From NCBI GenBank assembly GCA_964490245.1, contig CAZBAF010000007.1, forward strand, positions 1 to 62,953: a DNA stretch of 62,953 nucleotides, read 5' to 3'. The DNA is from an uncultured Candidatus Saccharibacteria bacterium (lineage in GTDB: Bacteria > Patescibacteriota > Saccharimonadia > Saccharimonadales > JACDBH01). Both the position numbers and the translations under genes were made by a program. The notes under the pieces are model-generated. The model was not told the DNA's origin. It searched no databases and was given only the letters and a program-made list of their open reading frames with translations. Below are positions 17,596-26,814 of this stretch, in pieces; position 1 is the first letter of the stretch, and the number at the start of each line of letters is the position of its first letter.

Positions 17596-18275
17596 ATCTT
17601 GTATTCCCCGCGGGCGTTATCGCTGGCTATCTTACCGTCCGCTATGGCGATAACCCGGCGCCTGAGTTTGTTGACGATTTCCTGGTTATGCGTAGTCAGC
17701 AGCACTGTGGTGCCGTATTTGTTGATTTTTTCGAGCACCTTGATCACGTCCCAGGCGTGCTTGGGGTCCAGGTTGCCGGTGGGCTCGTCAGCGATCAGGA
17801 TTTTGGGCTGGCGCACAATCGCACGGGCAATGGCCACGCGCTGGCGTTCGCCGCCGGACAACTCCATAGGCATGCTGTCTTCCTTGCCCTTCAGCCCGAC
17901 AATATCCAGTACTTTGGGCACTGTGTTGCGGATTTCGCGCGTACTGATGCCGATGATTTCAAGCGCAAAGGCCACGTTCTCAAACACCGTCTTGTTCGGC
18001 AACAGCTTGAAGTCCTGGAACACCACGCCTATACGCCGGCGCAACTTTGGCACATCACGGTCATGCAGCGTCTCGTAGTCAATGCCGCCGACAATAATCT
18101 TGCCCACACTGGGCTTTTCCTCACGCGTTAATAGCTTTAAAAGCGTCGACTTGCCGGCACCCGAGGCGCCGACAATGATGACGAATTCTTTTGGTTCTAT
18201 ATGGAGACTTATCCGTTCGAGGGCAGCACTGGACTTACGCGGATACGTCTTACTCACACGGTCTAACAGAATCAC
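17592..18275 (-). CDS. ftsE: cell-division ABC transporter ATPase FtsE
   Basis: Walker A GASGAGKST, signature LSGGERQRVAIARA, Walker B ILIADEPT. GTG start. Confidence 0.9.
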   Translation of the reverse strand: MILLDRVSKTYPRKSSAALERISLHIEPKEFVIIVGASGAGKSTLLKLLTREEKPSVGKIIVGGIDYETLHDRDVPKLRRRIGVVFQDFKLLPNKTVFENVAFALEIIGISTREIRNTVPKVLDIVGLKGKEDSMPMELSGGERQRVAIARAIVRQPKILIADEPTGNLDPKHAWDVIKVLEKINKYGTTVLLTTHNQEIVNKLRRRVIAIADGKIASDNARGEYKI

Positions 18276-18281
18276 GTAAGC

Positions 18282-18287
18282 ATTATA
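18282..18287 (-). promoter_or_regulatory. -10 box TATAAT (extended TGg) 6 nt before the ftsE GTG
   Basis: Minus strand reads ttcTGgTATAATgcttacGTG. Confidence 0.45.
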
Positions 18288-18318
18288 CCAGAATCAGGCA
18301 TAAGCACTAGACCTGCGG

Positions 18319-19197
18319 TTAAAAACCATGAAACTTGCGCTGGCGGCGGCGGACATGCAGCGCCCTGATTGCCGAGAGGAGCGAAGCCAAAGCAAGCAGT
18401 GCGGCCACGATTCCTAAGGCGGTTATCACGGAGCGCTGGTTCAGACGCAGCCAGCGTACGGTCGGCGATAAGGGGTTTTGCGGGTTTTTAATCTCTACCA
18501 CCGCCGCTTCGCGGGTGATAACACCGCCGCGTGAAGTGGTGGTTATGTTGACGGTATATTTGCCGTTTTCGGCCAGCGTGGTGTCAAAAGGCACCGGCTT
18601 GTCAGAGGTTTGCAGCACGCGGCCGTGGATGGCATAGCTGACAGACTTAAGGTCGGCGCCAAGACGCGACGGCGTATTGGTCAGCAGAATTTTACCGCTT
18701 ACCGGCTTGTCTGACGGCGGTGAGAGCAGCTCAACATGCTCATCCTGACCACCAGTCAGCTGAATCGGACTGGCACAGTTTTCGCCAAAATCCTGCGGCA
18801 CACAATCAGGCCGCGTTACCAGCAGCCGGTCCACCCTGACACCGGCCTGCACGCCAACAATACGCATACCGTTCCCGACGCGGTTGGGCAGTTGGATGTG
18901 CTCCGGCTGGCCATCGCGCATGGCCGTCTGCCACACCCACTGATTGGGCGCCAGCTCGCCGCCCAGTTCCAGACACTCGCTGCCGTTCACCTCAACCAGC
19001 ACGCGCGCTGACGAGTCGGCCGACTGCATTCTGATCCAAACCGCATAGGTATCTGACGGCGGCAAAGTCGGCACTACAAGGTTGACTGCACCAAAGCTGG
19101 AGATGTTGGCACAGGCCTCGGCAGCCGCCTTTTGAACAGGGGTAGCCAGGAAGGAAAATATGGTCAGAACAGCTAAAATCCCACCTGATTTTTTCAT
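18319..19197 (-). CDS. exported protein with C-terminal membrane anchor
   Basis: 292 aa. Signal peptide MKKSGGILAVLTIFSFLATPVQKAAA, beta-rich domains, C-terminal TM plus basic tail HVRRRQRKFHGF. No LPXTG. Confidence 0.6.
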   Translation of the reverse strand: MKKSGGILAVLTIFSFLATPVQKAAAEACANISSFGAVNLVVPTLPPSDTYAVWIRMQSADSSARVLVEVNGSECLELGGELAPNQWVWQTAMRDGQPEHIQLPNRVGNGMRIVGVQAGVRVDRLLVTRPDCVPQDFGENCASPIQLTGGQDEHVELLSPPSDKPVSGKILLTNTPSRLGADLKSVSYAIHGRVLQTSDKPVPFDTTLAENGKYTVNITTTSRGGVITREAAVVEIKNPQNPLSPTVRWLRLNQRSVITALGIVAALLALASLLSAIRALHVRRRQRKFHGF

Positions 19198-19207
19198 ATT
19201 ACTTATG

Positions 19208-19213
19208 ATTATA
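19208..19213 (-). promoter_or_regulatory. -10 box TATAAT (extended TGa) 10 nt before the ATG
   Basis: Minus strand reads cTGaTATAATcataagtaatATG. Confidence 0.45.
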
Positions 19214-19239
19214 TCAGAATCATAACGAGGTACCAGAAA

Positions 19240-20304
19240 TTAAAAACTCTCTATAAACAGATTTATATCACCGTCCAGCACCGCCTCGGTGTCTGATGTC
19301 TCGGCATTGCTCCGCAGGTCTTTGACCATTTTGTACGGATGCAGCACGTAGTTACGTATCTGATTACCCCAGGCGGCCTGCTCGTTCGGACCTTTAAGTT
19401 CTGAGATTTTTTCGGCGTGCTGCTCCATTTGCAGCTGAATAAGCTTGGAACGCAGAATGGTCATGGCCGTCTCTCTGTTTTGCAGCTGCGAACGCTCGTT
19501 CTGGATAGCCACTGTTATGCCGGTCGGGATATGAGTGATGCGCACGGCCGAGTCGGTGGTGTTGACCGATTGTCCGCCGTGGCCGCCGCTGCGATAAACA
19601 TCCACCCGCAGATCTTTCTCGTCAATCGCCACATCATCCGGACGGTCGATTTTTGGCAGTACCTCGACTTTGGCAAAACTAGTCTGACGCAGAGAATCGG
19701 CATTGAACGGGCTGAGCCGCACCAGCCGGTGAACACCGTGCTCGTTCTTGAGCTTGCCGTATGACAGCGGACCGCTGAGGGCAATCGTCGCCATCTTAAG
19801 CCCGGCCTCTTCACCCGGCGATTCGGCAATGGTCGCAACCTTAAAACCGTTGGTTTCCGCCCAGCGGACATACATGCGCAGCAGCATGGCCGCCCAGTCC
19901 TGCGCATCCGTCCCGCCTGCCCCGGCATAAATAGTCAGAATCGCATCATGACGGTCGTAAGGACCGCTGTAGCGGAGCTCTTTTTGCAGCCGGGCCAGTA
20001 CCGCCTCAAGCTCAGCGAGCTGGCGCTCTATATCAGCCTGCAGACTGTCATCCCTAAGGCTAATCAGCTCGAGGATATCGTCACTGTCCCGCTTGAGATC
20101 GGACCAGGGCTGCAGCTGCGTCTCCAGCGCAGCGTGCTGCTTTGAAATATCAGCAGCCTTTTTTGGTTCCTGCCAGAAATCTTCTGCCGCCATAGCCTGC
20201 GTCAGCTGCTTGTGTTCCTGCTGCAGGCGGCTGTAACCGAGCTTTTCCAGAGATTCAGCCACTGCCTGCTGCAAGTGTTCAGCTCGTTTCTGCAGGGCAT
20301 CCAT
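19240..20304 (-). CDS. prfB: peptide chain release factor 2 (uninterrupted frame)
   Basis: SPF tripeptide (RLSPFNA) and GGQ ([11 protein letters not shown]). Start taken at MDALQKRAEHL, 4 nt after the upstream stop. The longer ORF-track N-terminus overlaps the upstream gene. Confidence 0.9.
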   Translation of the reverse strand: MDALQKRAEHLQQAVAESLEKLGYSRLQQEHKQLTQAMAAEDFWQEPKKAADISKQHAALETQLQPWSDLKRDSDDILELISLRDDSLQADIERQLAELEAVLARLQKELRYSGPYDRHDAILTIYAGAGGTDAQDWAAMLLRMYVRWAETNGFKVATIAESPGEEAGLKMATIALSGPLSYGKLKNEHGVHRLVRLSPFNADSLRQTSFAKVEVLPKIDRPDDVAIDEKDLRVDVYRSGGHGGQSVNTTDSAVRITHIPTGITVAIQNERSQLQNRETAMTILRSKLIQLQMEQHAEKISELKGPNEQAAWGNQIRNYVLHPYKMVKDLRSNAETSDTEAVLDGDINLFIESF

Positions 20305-20308
20305 CAGT

Positions 20309-21598
20309 CTAGCCCTCGGGCCACAGTACGGATAACTGATCATACAGCTTGTCGACAAACGGCCGGCCGGCCGAACCCAATACACCCATATCCCAGATTC
20401 CGTCCGTGAACATCTTTTCGGTGGTATTGATAATGCGCGTCTTGGTAACGGCCTTTATACGTTCCGGCAAGGCATAATAATCATCAACAATGTCTTCAAA
20501 GAAATAGCGGTTGGTATATCCTGCCGCCGTACCGGCCACAGTCTGCCCTGCCCGCTGATAACGGCCCAGGGCGTATTGCTTGGCCGCCTCTATATCTGCC
20601 TCGTCGACATCGCCGGCCCGTACGCTTTGAAGTTCGGTGACCATGATATCAAACAGCGCCTCGGCATTGGACGGCATGACCTGCGCCCCAAACCACCAGG
20701 ATACGTTGCGAGCCAGCTGGTTAAAGCCGGAACTCATGTGATAGACCAAACCGCGTTCGCGGGCAGCGCCCAAAATACGCGAATACAGCGTTTCGGTCAG
20801 CATGGTGTTGATTAACTGGCCGGCATCCCACTCCTGCTCGTCAAGGCGCTCCAGATGAAAGGTGTCAACAATAAAATACACGTTCTTGACACTGGGGTTG
20901 CGCAGGTACAGCCCCTTATCCTGCTTGATCGGGTTTTCGACCGGCAGCGGTATGCGGCCGTTGCCTTCGGGCATGTCGATTTCTTCGAGCATACGGATAA
21001 GCGTGGCGCGGCGCCCCTTTATGCCCCCGGCAATCACAAAGCGCATGTTGGTGGTGGTGTGCGTGCTGTGATAGTGCTTTTCGATATCCTGCAGCCGGTT
21101 GTTGGCAAGCAATTTGATACGCTCGCGATCGGTCATAGCCTGGTAGCCGCAGTATTTGCGCATTGCCAGACTAAGATGACGGAAGTGATTGTTGGCGCGG
21201 CCGTTCAGCTCCTCGCGCACGTTGCCTACCTCGGCATCAAATTCTTCCTGTAAAAACTTTGGCTTGCTAATCGCCAGTAGCATAAGGTCTAAAATCCGGT
21301 CCCATTCAAAATCTGCGCACTCGGCCTCATAGCTGATATCGTACACGCCCGTGCTGGCGTTGTTGTAGGCACCGTTCTTTTCAAACTCGGCCTGAAAAAC
21401 CCGCGCCTTTGGGTAGCGCTCGTTAGCGCCTAAAAGTACGTGCTCCATGATGTGGGGGGTTTCCCACTTGGCGGGTTCCACCAAATACTCCCCCGCCCGG
21501 AAGTTAAACTCAAACGTCATGACGCTGGCATCCGGAATGTCAATCAACAACCCCTCTGCGCCGTTTGCCAAGACAACTTTCTCTACTGTGTGCTTCAT
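20309..21598 (-). CDS. M16 (pitrilysin/insulinase) family zinc peptidase
   Basis: Inverted zinc motif HIMEH (HxxEH) near the N-terminus, about 430 aa. Start set at MKHTVEKVVL. Confidence 0.8.
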   Translation of the reverse strand: MKHTVEKVVLANGAEGLLIDIPDASVMTFEFNFRAGEYLVEPAKWETPHIMEHVLLGANERYPKARVFQAEFEKNGAYNNASTGVYDISYEAECADFEWDRILDLMLLAISKPKFLQEEFDAEVGNVREELNGRANNHFRHLSLAMRKYCGYQAMTDRERIKLLANNRLQDIEKHYHSTHTTTNMRFVIAGGIKGRRATLIRMLEEIDMPEGNGRIPLPVENPIKQDKGLYLRNPSVKNVYFIVDTFHLERLDEQEWDAGQLINTMLTETLYSRILGAARERGLVYHMSSGFNQLARNVSWWFGAQVMPSNAEALFDIMVTELQSVRAGDVDEADIEAAKQYALGRYQRAGQTVAGTAAGYTNRYFFEDIVDDYYALPERIKAVTKTRIINTTEKMFTDGIWDMGVLGSAGRPFVDKLYDQLSVLWPEG

Positions 21599-21665
21599 GT
21601 TTTGTATACCGTATTCTGTAGCCGGTATTACGTATACGAATACGAAATACACTTACGCTATTGCG

Positions 21666-24278
21666 TTATTTACGTTTTTTGCCCTTCTTTTTACGCTGGC
21701 GCTCGGCCTTACGTTTCCTTTGTTTCTGTGCCTTGGATGTGTGTGGCTTGGTACCGCTTTGCGGCAGACCAGCCGGGATAAAATCTTCCTCGTCGAAACT
21801 GTCAGCTTCGAGAATTTTATCAGCATTATCAACCGATGAACGCGCAGCGCGGGTCAGCTCGGTCTCGACCGGACGGTCAAGGTCGCCCTCGTTTACAGGA
21901 CGCGCGTGGAACACGCTGCGCAGGACATCATGACGCAACTGGGACTGCATTTCGGCAAACAGTACCTGTGCCTGACGGCGGTACTCTACCAGCGGATCTT
22001 TCTGACCAACACTTAACCAGTGAATGCCCTCGCGCAGATGATCCATGTTTTCGAGATGCTGCATCCAGAGATTGTCCAGAACCTGCAGATAAATATCACG
22101 CTCAACCTTGCGCAGGACATCCGCGCCAAAGGCTGTCTCGCGCGCGGCATACAGCTCTTCGGCCTGTGTCTTTAAGACTTCGGCAAACTTGTCCGCCTCG
22201 GTATCAAACAGCCGATCCAGCGTCGGCTCGTCAAACGGAAACACCTCAGTCAGGATTGACTCAAACTTATCCGTTAGTGATTCCGGCGAAGCCACCATCA
22301 GATCCAGTTCCTCACGCATAAACACCTTGATACGCTTGCTGATATCCGCCTGGTGCAGTATCTCGCGCCGCATGGAATAGACGGCCTTGCGGTGGCGGTT
22401 CATGACATCGTCGTACTTCACAACGTTCTTGCGGGTGTCAAAGTTAAAGCCTTCAACTTTCTTCTGCGCGGACTCCAGGCTCTTGCTGATAAGCCGGTTC
22501 TCGATAGGGGTCTCGTCGTCAACCTTGAGCCGGTCCATAAGCTTGCCGATACGGTCGCCGCCAAAGACGCGCATCAGCTCGTCCTCGGTACTGACAAAGA
22601 ACTGGGTCGCGCCGGGATCGCCCTGACGTCCGGAGCGGCCGCGCAGCTGATTGTCGATACGGCGCGACTCGTGCCGCTCGCTGCCCAGTACGAACAGGCC
22701 GCCCAGTTTTTTGGTCTCTTCGGTCAGAACAATGTCGGTACCGCGGCCGGCAATGTTGGTGGCCAGCGTAATCGCACCCTTCTGCCCTGCCTCGGCAACA
22801 ATTGCGGCTTCTTTCTCGTTATTTTTGGCGTTCAGCACCTGGTGCGGCAGGCCGGCTTTTGTGAGTGCCCGCGACAATGCCTCGTTTTTCTCAATTGAAA
22901 CCGTACCGATCAAGACGGGCTGGCCCTTTTTATTAAGCTCGCCCACCTCTTTTATAATGGCCCTGAATTTGCCGGCCTCGGACTTGTAGATCCGGTCCGG
23001 GCGGTCATCGCGGATAACTTTGCGGTTAGGCGGTACTTCAACCACATCCAGCTTATACACCTGATGGAACTCTTCGCTCTCGGTTGAGGCCGTACCGGTC
23101 ATACCGGCCAGCTTTTCGTACAGACGGAACAGGTTCTGGAAGCTGATGGTCGCCAGCGTCATGGACTCTTCCTGCACCTCAACGCCTTCTTTAGCCTCGA
23201 TTGCCTGGTGCAGACCCTCGTTATAGCGCCGGCCCTTTAGCAGGCGGCCGGTAAACTGGTCGACAATCACAATCTCGCCCTCGGCGGTGACCACGTAATC
23301 CTTATCGCGCTTGAAAAGCAGCTGTGCTTTGAGCGCCTGGTCAAGATGATAAATATTACGGATGTGCTCGGTTGAATACAGGTCGGATATGCCCAAGATC
23401 TTCTCTACCTTTTCGACACCGCTGTCGGTCAGAATAACGCTGCGGCGTTTTTCGTCTATCTCATAATGTTCGGGCTTGAGGTTGCGAACGACCTTGGAAA
23501 ACTGCGTGTAGCTGGCGCCGCTGGCCACGGCCGGTGCCGAAATAATCAGCGGCGTGCGGGCCTCGTCAATCAGAATAGAGTCAACTTCGTCCACGATGGC
23601 ATAGTGCAGCTCGCGCTGGCGCAGCTGATCAACCTCGCGCACCATGTTGTCGCGCAAATAGTCAAAGCCAAACTCGTTATTGGTGCCGTACGTAATATCA
23701 GCCTGATATGATTCCTGACGCGTGCTGGGCTTAAGATGACGCATGCGCTCGTCATCGTGATCTTCATTGGTATAAGCCGGATCATATACAAAAGATGCGT
23801 CCGGCATAATCACGCCCACACTCAGCCCCAAAAAGCTATACACCTGCGCCATCCAGCCGGCATCACGCCGCGCCAGATAGTCGTTGACCGTCACCACATG
23901 CACCCCTTTGCCCGTCAGCGCATTGAGATACACCGGCAGTGTCGCCACAAGGGTCTTGCCTTCACCGGTTTTCATCTCGGCCACCTTGCCCTCGTGCAGT
24001 ACCATGCCGCCGATCAGCTGTACATCAAAATGGCGCTGTCCCAGCGTGCGCCGCGCCGTTTCGCGCACCACCGCAAAGGCATCGGGCAGGATGGCGTCAA
24101 GCGATTCTTTCTTGAGCCGGTCCTTTAAAACCTCTGTCTGCTTTTTAAGCTGCGAGTCAGACATCTTTTTATATTTGGACTCAAGATCGTTAATAACCGT
24201 GACGCGCTTTTTCATGCGGCGAAGAGTTTTTGCCTGCGGGTCACCCAAAATACGTTTAAAAAGTTTGCTGTTCATCAA
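21666..24278 (-). CDS. secA: preprotein translocase ATPase SecA
   Basis: 870 aa. MKTGEGKTLVATLP Walker A, DEVDSILIDEARTPLIIS, TNIAGRGTDI. C-terminus is a Lys/Arg-rich tail rather than a Cys-rich zinc motif. Confidence 0.95.
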   Translation of the reverse strand: MMNSKLFKRILGDPQAKTLRRMKKRVTVINDLESKYKKMSDSQLKKQTEVLKDRLKKESLDAILPDAFAVVRETARRTLGQRHFDVQLIGGMVLHEGKVAEMKTGEGKTLVATLPVYLNALTGKGVHVVTVNDYLARRDAGWMAQVYSFLGLSVGVIMPDASFVYDPAYTNEDHDDERMRHLKPSTRQESYQADITYGTNNEFGFDYLRDNMVREVDQLRQRELHYAIVDEVDSILIDEARTPLIISAPAVASGASYTQFSKVVRNLKPEHYEIDEKRRSVILTDSGVEKVEKILGISDLYSTEHIRNIYHLDQALKAQLLFKRDKDYVVTAEGEIVIVDQFTGRLLKGRRYNEGLHQAIEAKEGVEVQEESMTLATISFQNLFRLYEKLAGMTGTASTESEEFHQVYKLDVVEVPPNRKVIRDDRPDRIYKSEAGKFRAIIKEVGELNKKGQPVLIGTVSIEKNEALSRALTKAGLPHQVLNAKNNEKEAAIVAEAGQKGAITLATNIAGRGTDIVLTEETKKLGGLFVLGSERHESRRIDNQLRGRSGRQGDPGATQFFVSTEDELMRVFGGDRIGKLMDRLKVDDETPIENRLISKSLESAQKKVEGFNFDTRKNVVKYDDVMNRHRKAVYSMRREILHQADISKRIKVFMREELDLMVASPESLTDKFESILTEVFPFDEPTLDRLFDTEADKFAEVLKTQAEELYAARETAFGADVLRKVERDIYLQVLDNLWMQHLENMDHLREGIHWLSVGQKDPLVEYRRQAQVLFAEMQSQLRHDVLRSVFHARPVNEGDLDRPVETELTRAARSSVDNADKILEADSFDEEDFIPAGLPQSGTKPHTSKAQKQRKRKAERQRKKKGKKRK

Positions 24279-24408
24279 GAAAAAGTCCCTCTGAATTAAT
24301 CCAGTCTATTGTACCACCGGTGACATGAATTTTCATTTACTATTTCACATTTCACAATATTTTCTGCTAAAAATCGCAGACAGCCGGCTGGCCACACAAC
24401 ATCCTGCA

Positions 24409-24783
24409 TCAGCCAAGCACATTCGGCTGGCGGCGGCGCAGTCTGCTGGTAAGCCGGCGATAAAACCGCGGGTCGGCGTGGATCTGCTTATACCTTTTCA
24501 GCTGGCTGCGCAACTTTGCTTCGACGATATCAACAGCGGCAAACAAATTGACGGTGGATTCTTTGGCGGTCAGGGTTTCCTGCGGCAGATACATGATAAC
24601 CTCGGCGGTGCACTGCTGGTTCCTTTGGCTTTTGCTTTCGCGCAGCTTGACATCAACATGTACGCTCCGCCGGGCATGCCGCGGTATGTAGCGTTCGAGC
24701 TTGTTGACCCGTTTGGTAACGTACTTTTTGAGCTTGTCGTCTGCGTTGACATTAAGCCCGGTAATTTCAAGGTTTCTAATCAT
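24409..24783 (-). CDS. hpf: ribosome hibernation promoting factor / RaiA family
   Basis: 124 aa S30AE-type: ITGLNVNADDKLKKYVTKRVNKLERY ... DIVEAKLRSQLKRYK. AAGGAGG SD upstream. Confidence 0.8.
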   Translation of the reverse strand: MIRNLEITGLNVNADDKLKKYVTKRVNKLERYIPRHARRSVHVDVKLRESKSQRNQQCTAEVIMYLPQETLTAKESTVNLFAAVDIVEAKLRSQLKRYKQIHADPRFYRRLTSRLRRRQPNVLG

Positions 24784-24808
24784 GGTGCCTCCTTTTGATT
24801 AGATACGT

Positions 24809-26059
24809 CTACAGTGTGGCACGATTGCCTAAGAAAGGCCTGAGGACTTCGGGTACATGCAGATTACCGTCCTCGGTTTGATAGTGTTCGATCAGCACAA
24901 TCAGTGCCCTGGCAAACGAAACAGCCGTGCCGTTTAGCGTATGCACATGCTCAATTCGTCCGTCCGAGCGGCGCACCCGGATATTAAGATTGCGCGCCTG
25001 AAAGTCAGTGCAATTGCTGCAGCTGGTGAGCTCGCGGTAAGCTCCGTCCGCCTTTGACCAATATTCGAGATCGTACTTTTTGGCAGCCGGCGCTCCCAAA
25101 TCACCCGACGCGATATTAATAACGCGGTACGGGATAGCCAGCGATTGCCACAGTTCTTCTTCAATGCCCCGCAGTTTTTCGTGGATATCACGGCTTTGCT
25201 CGGGCAAGGTGAAGGCGTACAGCTCCAGCTTGTTGAACTGGTGCACCCGGAACAGGCCGCGGGTGTGCTTGCCGGCGGCGCCGGCCTCGCGCCGGTAGCA
25301 TGGGCTGTAGCCGGCATAGAACAGCGGCAGTTGGTCTTCTTCTAAAATCTCGTCGGCGTGATAGCCGGTCAGCGGAATTTCGGCCGTGGCTATAAGTGAC
25401 AGGTCCTCGCCCTCCAGATAATATTCGTCGCCCTGGTCACTGGTGCGCGGCGCAAAACCGGTACCGGTTGCCGTGCGGCTGTTGACCAGGTGCGGCACTG
25501 TCATGAAGGTAAAGCCTCTCTCACTCACAAATTGCAGCGCATACTGCAAAAGCGCGTTTTCAAGCAGTGCCAGATCGCCTTTCAGATAATAGAACTTCTG
25601 ACCGGCCACTTTAGCACCGCGCTCAAAATCGACCCAATCCTTGCGCAGGGCAAAATCCAAATGATCCTCCGCACCGGTCTTTTGCTCACCATGCACACTC
25701 ACCTCGACACTGGCCGACTCGTCACCCACCGGCACATCGTCGTCCGCCAGGTTTGGAATATTTTGCAGCAGATCGCGCCATTCGGTCTCTGTCTTCGTCA
25801 GGTACTGCTCGCGTTCGGCCAGCTCGATCTTGATCTGCTTGCCTTCGTCAATCAAAGACTGGTCGGGCTTGCCGCCAGTGGACTTCATTTTATCGGCGTT
25901 TTCGTTGCGCCGCTGGCGCAGGGCCTCTACCTGCTGCAGCAGCTCTTTACGTTCAAGGTCAAGCTCCAGCAGCCGGTCAATATTAACCTGGTAGCCTTTT
26001 TGTGCAGTTTTGGTTTTAACCATGTCGGTGTTATCGCGGACAATCTGGATGTCAATCAT
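24809..26059 (-). CDS. serS: seryl-tRNA synthetase
   Basis: 416 aa. N-terminal coiled-coil arm, class II motifs (FRVHQFNKLE, GTAVSFARALIVLIE). Confidence 0.95.
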   Translation of the reverse strand: MIDIQIVRDNTDMVKTKTAQKGYQVNIDRLLELDLERKELLQQVEALRQRRNENADKMKSTGGKPDQSLIDEGKQIKIELAEREQYLTKTETEWRDLLQNIPNLADDDVPVGDESASVEVSVHGEQKTGAEDHLDFALRKDWVDFERGAKVAGQKFYYLKGDLALLENALLQYALQFVSERGFTFMTVPHLVNSRTATGTGFAPRTSDQGDEYYLEGEDLSLIATAEIPLTGYHADEILEEDQLPLFYAGYSPCYRREAGAAGKHTRGLFRVHQFNKLELYAFTLPEQSRDIHEKLRGIEEELWQSLAIPYRVINIASGDLGAPAAKKYDLEYWSKADGAYRELTSCSNCTDFQARNLNIRVRRSDGRIEHVHTLNGTAVSFARALIVLIEHYQTEDGNLHVPEVLRPFLGNRATL

Positions 26060-26065
26060 GGCATC

Positions 26066-26071
26066 ATTATA
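26066..26071 (-). promoter_or_regulatory. -10 box TATAAT 6 nt before the serS ATG
   Basis: Minus strand reads cggTATAATgatgccATG. Confidence 0.45.
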
Positions 26072-26186
26072 CCGTCTGCTGGTAACTGTTTACAATCTGG
26101 GAATCGCTGCAGGTTCTCTACGGACATTTACAATCCGTCGGGCCGACCATTATGCTTAAGATAAAGTAAGGAGCCTCAGGAACCAT

Positions 26187-26774
26187 ATGCCGCCAAATCA
26201 ACCCCAGCATAACCAAACCAATCTGCCAACCCAGCCCCAGCCAGGTACACAATTCCCTGGGCCGTCCGGCTCACCGCAGCCGGCTGCCCCGCTGCCGCCT
26301 GTTGCCCCGGCCCGCGCCGGCAGTAAGCTGCCGCTGATACTTTTTGCGGCTCTTTTTGTGCTGATAATTGCCGGTGCGGTAGCTGTTGCGCTTAACCACC
26401 GCAATGATCAGACCGCAAACACCCCTGACCATCATAGCGCGCAGAACTCAGCACAAAACTCAGATAATTCGGCTATGGCCCAGCTCACCCAGGCGCAAAT
26501 GCGCGGGCGCGACACCGACCGCAAGAATGCGCTTAAAAACCTCCAACAAAGACTTGAGTCGTACTACAACGACAATGCCGTCTACCCCGCGACGCTTCAG
26601 GATCTGGGTTATACCCTATCAAAAGATCAGGTCACTGACCCCCTCGGCAGGCCATATTCGTACCTAGCCGGCGCTGATCTGCAGACCTACACGCTGGCTG
26701 CCGAGCTTGAGAACAAGGACGACCGGGATGCCGAGCAGGATGGCAGGTATGTCCTCCACAGTGTGAACTATTAA
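26187..26774 (+). CDS. pilin/pseudopilin-like globular domain on a bitopic anchor, no prepilin cleavage motif
   Basis: 195 aa. Pro/Gln-rich N-terminus, TM LPLILFAALFVLIIAGAVAVAL, then RDTDRKNALKNLQQRLESYYNDNAVYPATL ... DPLGRPYSY ... LAAELEN, typical of GspG/type IV pilin heads. AAGGAG SD. Confidence 0.55.
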   Translation: MPPNQPQHNQTNLPTQPQPGTQFPGPSGSPQPAAPLPPVAPARAGSKLPLILFAALFVLIIAGAVAVALNHRNDQTANTPDHHSAQNSAQNSDNSAMAQLTQAQMRGRDTDRKNALKNLQQRLESYYNDNAVYPATLQDLGYTLSKDQVTDPLGRPYSYLAGADLQTYTLAAELENKDDRDAEQDGRYVLHSVNY

Positions 26775-26814
26775 ATAGTGCCGTGCGGCTAAGCAGTCCC
26801 GTGAGCGGCGGGAA

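Noticed and set aside
19240-20385. N-terminal extension of prfB in the ORF track (MYWVRPAGRLSTSC...) and similar 5' extensions at 10076-10516, 14152-15414, 20309-21652, 29562-30464, 34645-35178 and 43857.
   Set aside because: The extensions overlap upstream genes or promoter boxes and have non-protein-like composition. Internal Met codons give N-termini matching the families or carry an SD or -10 box at the right distance.
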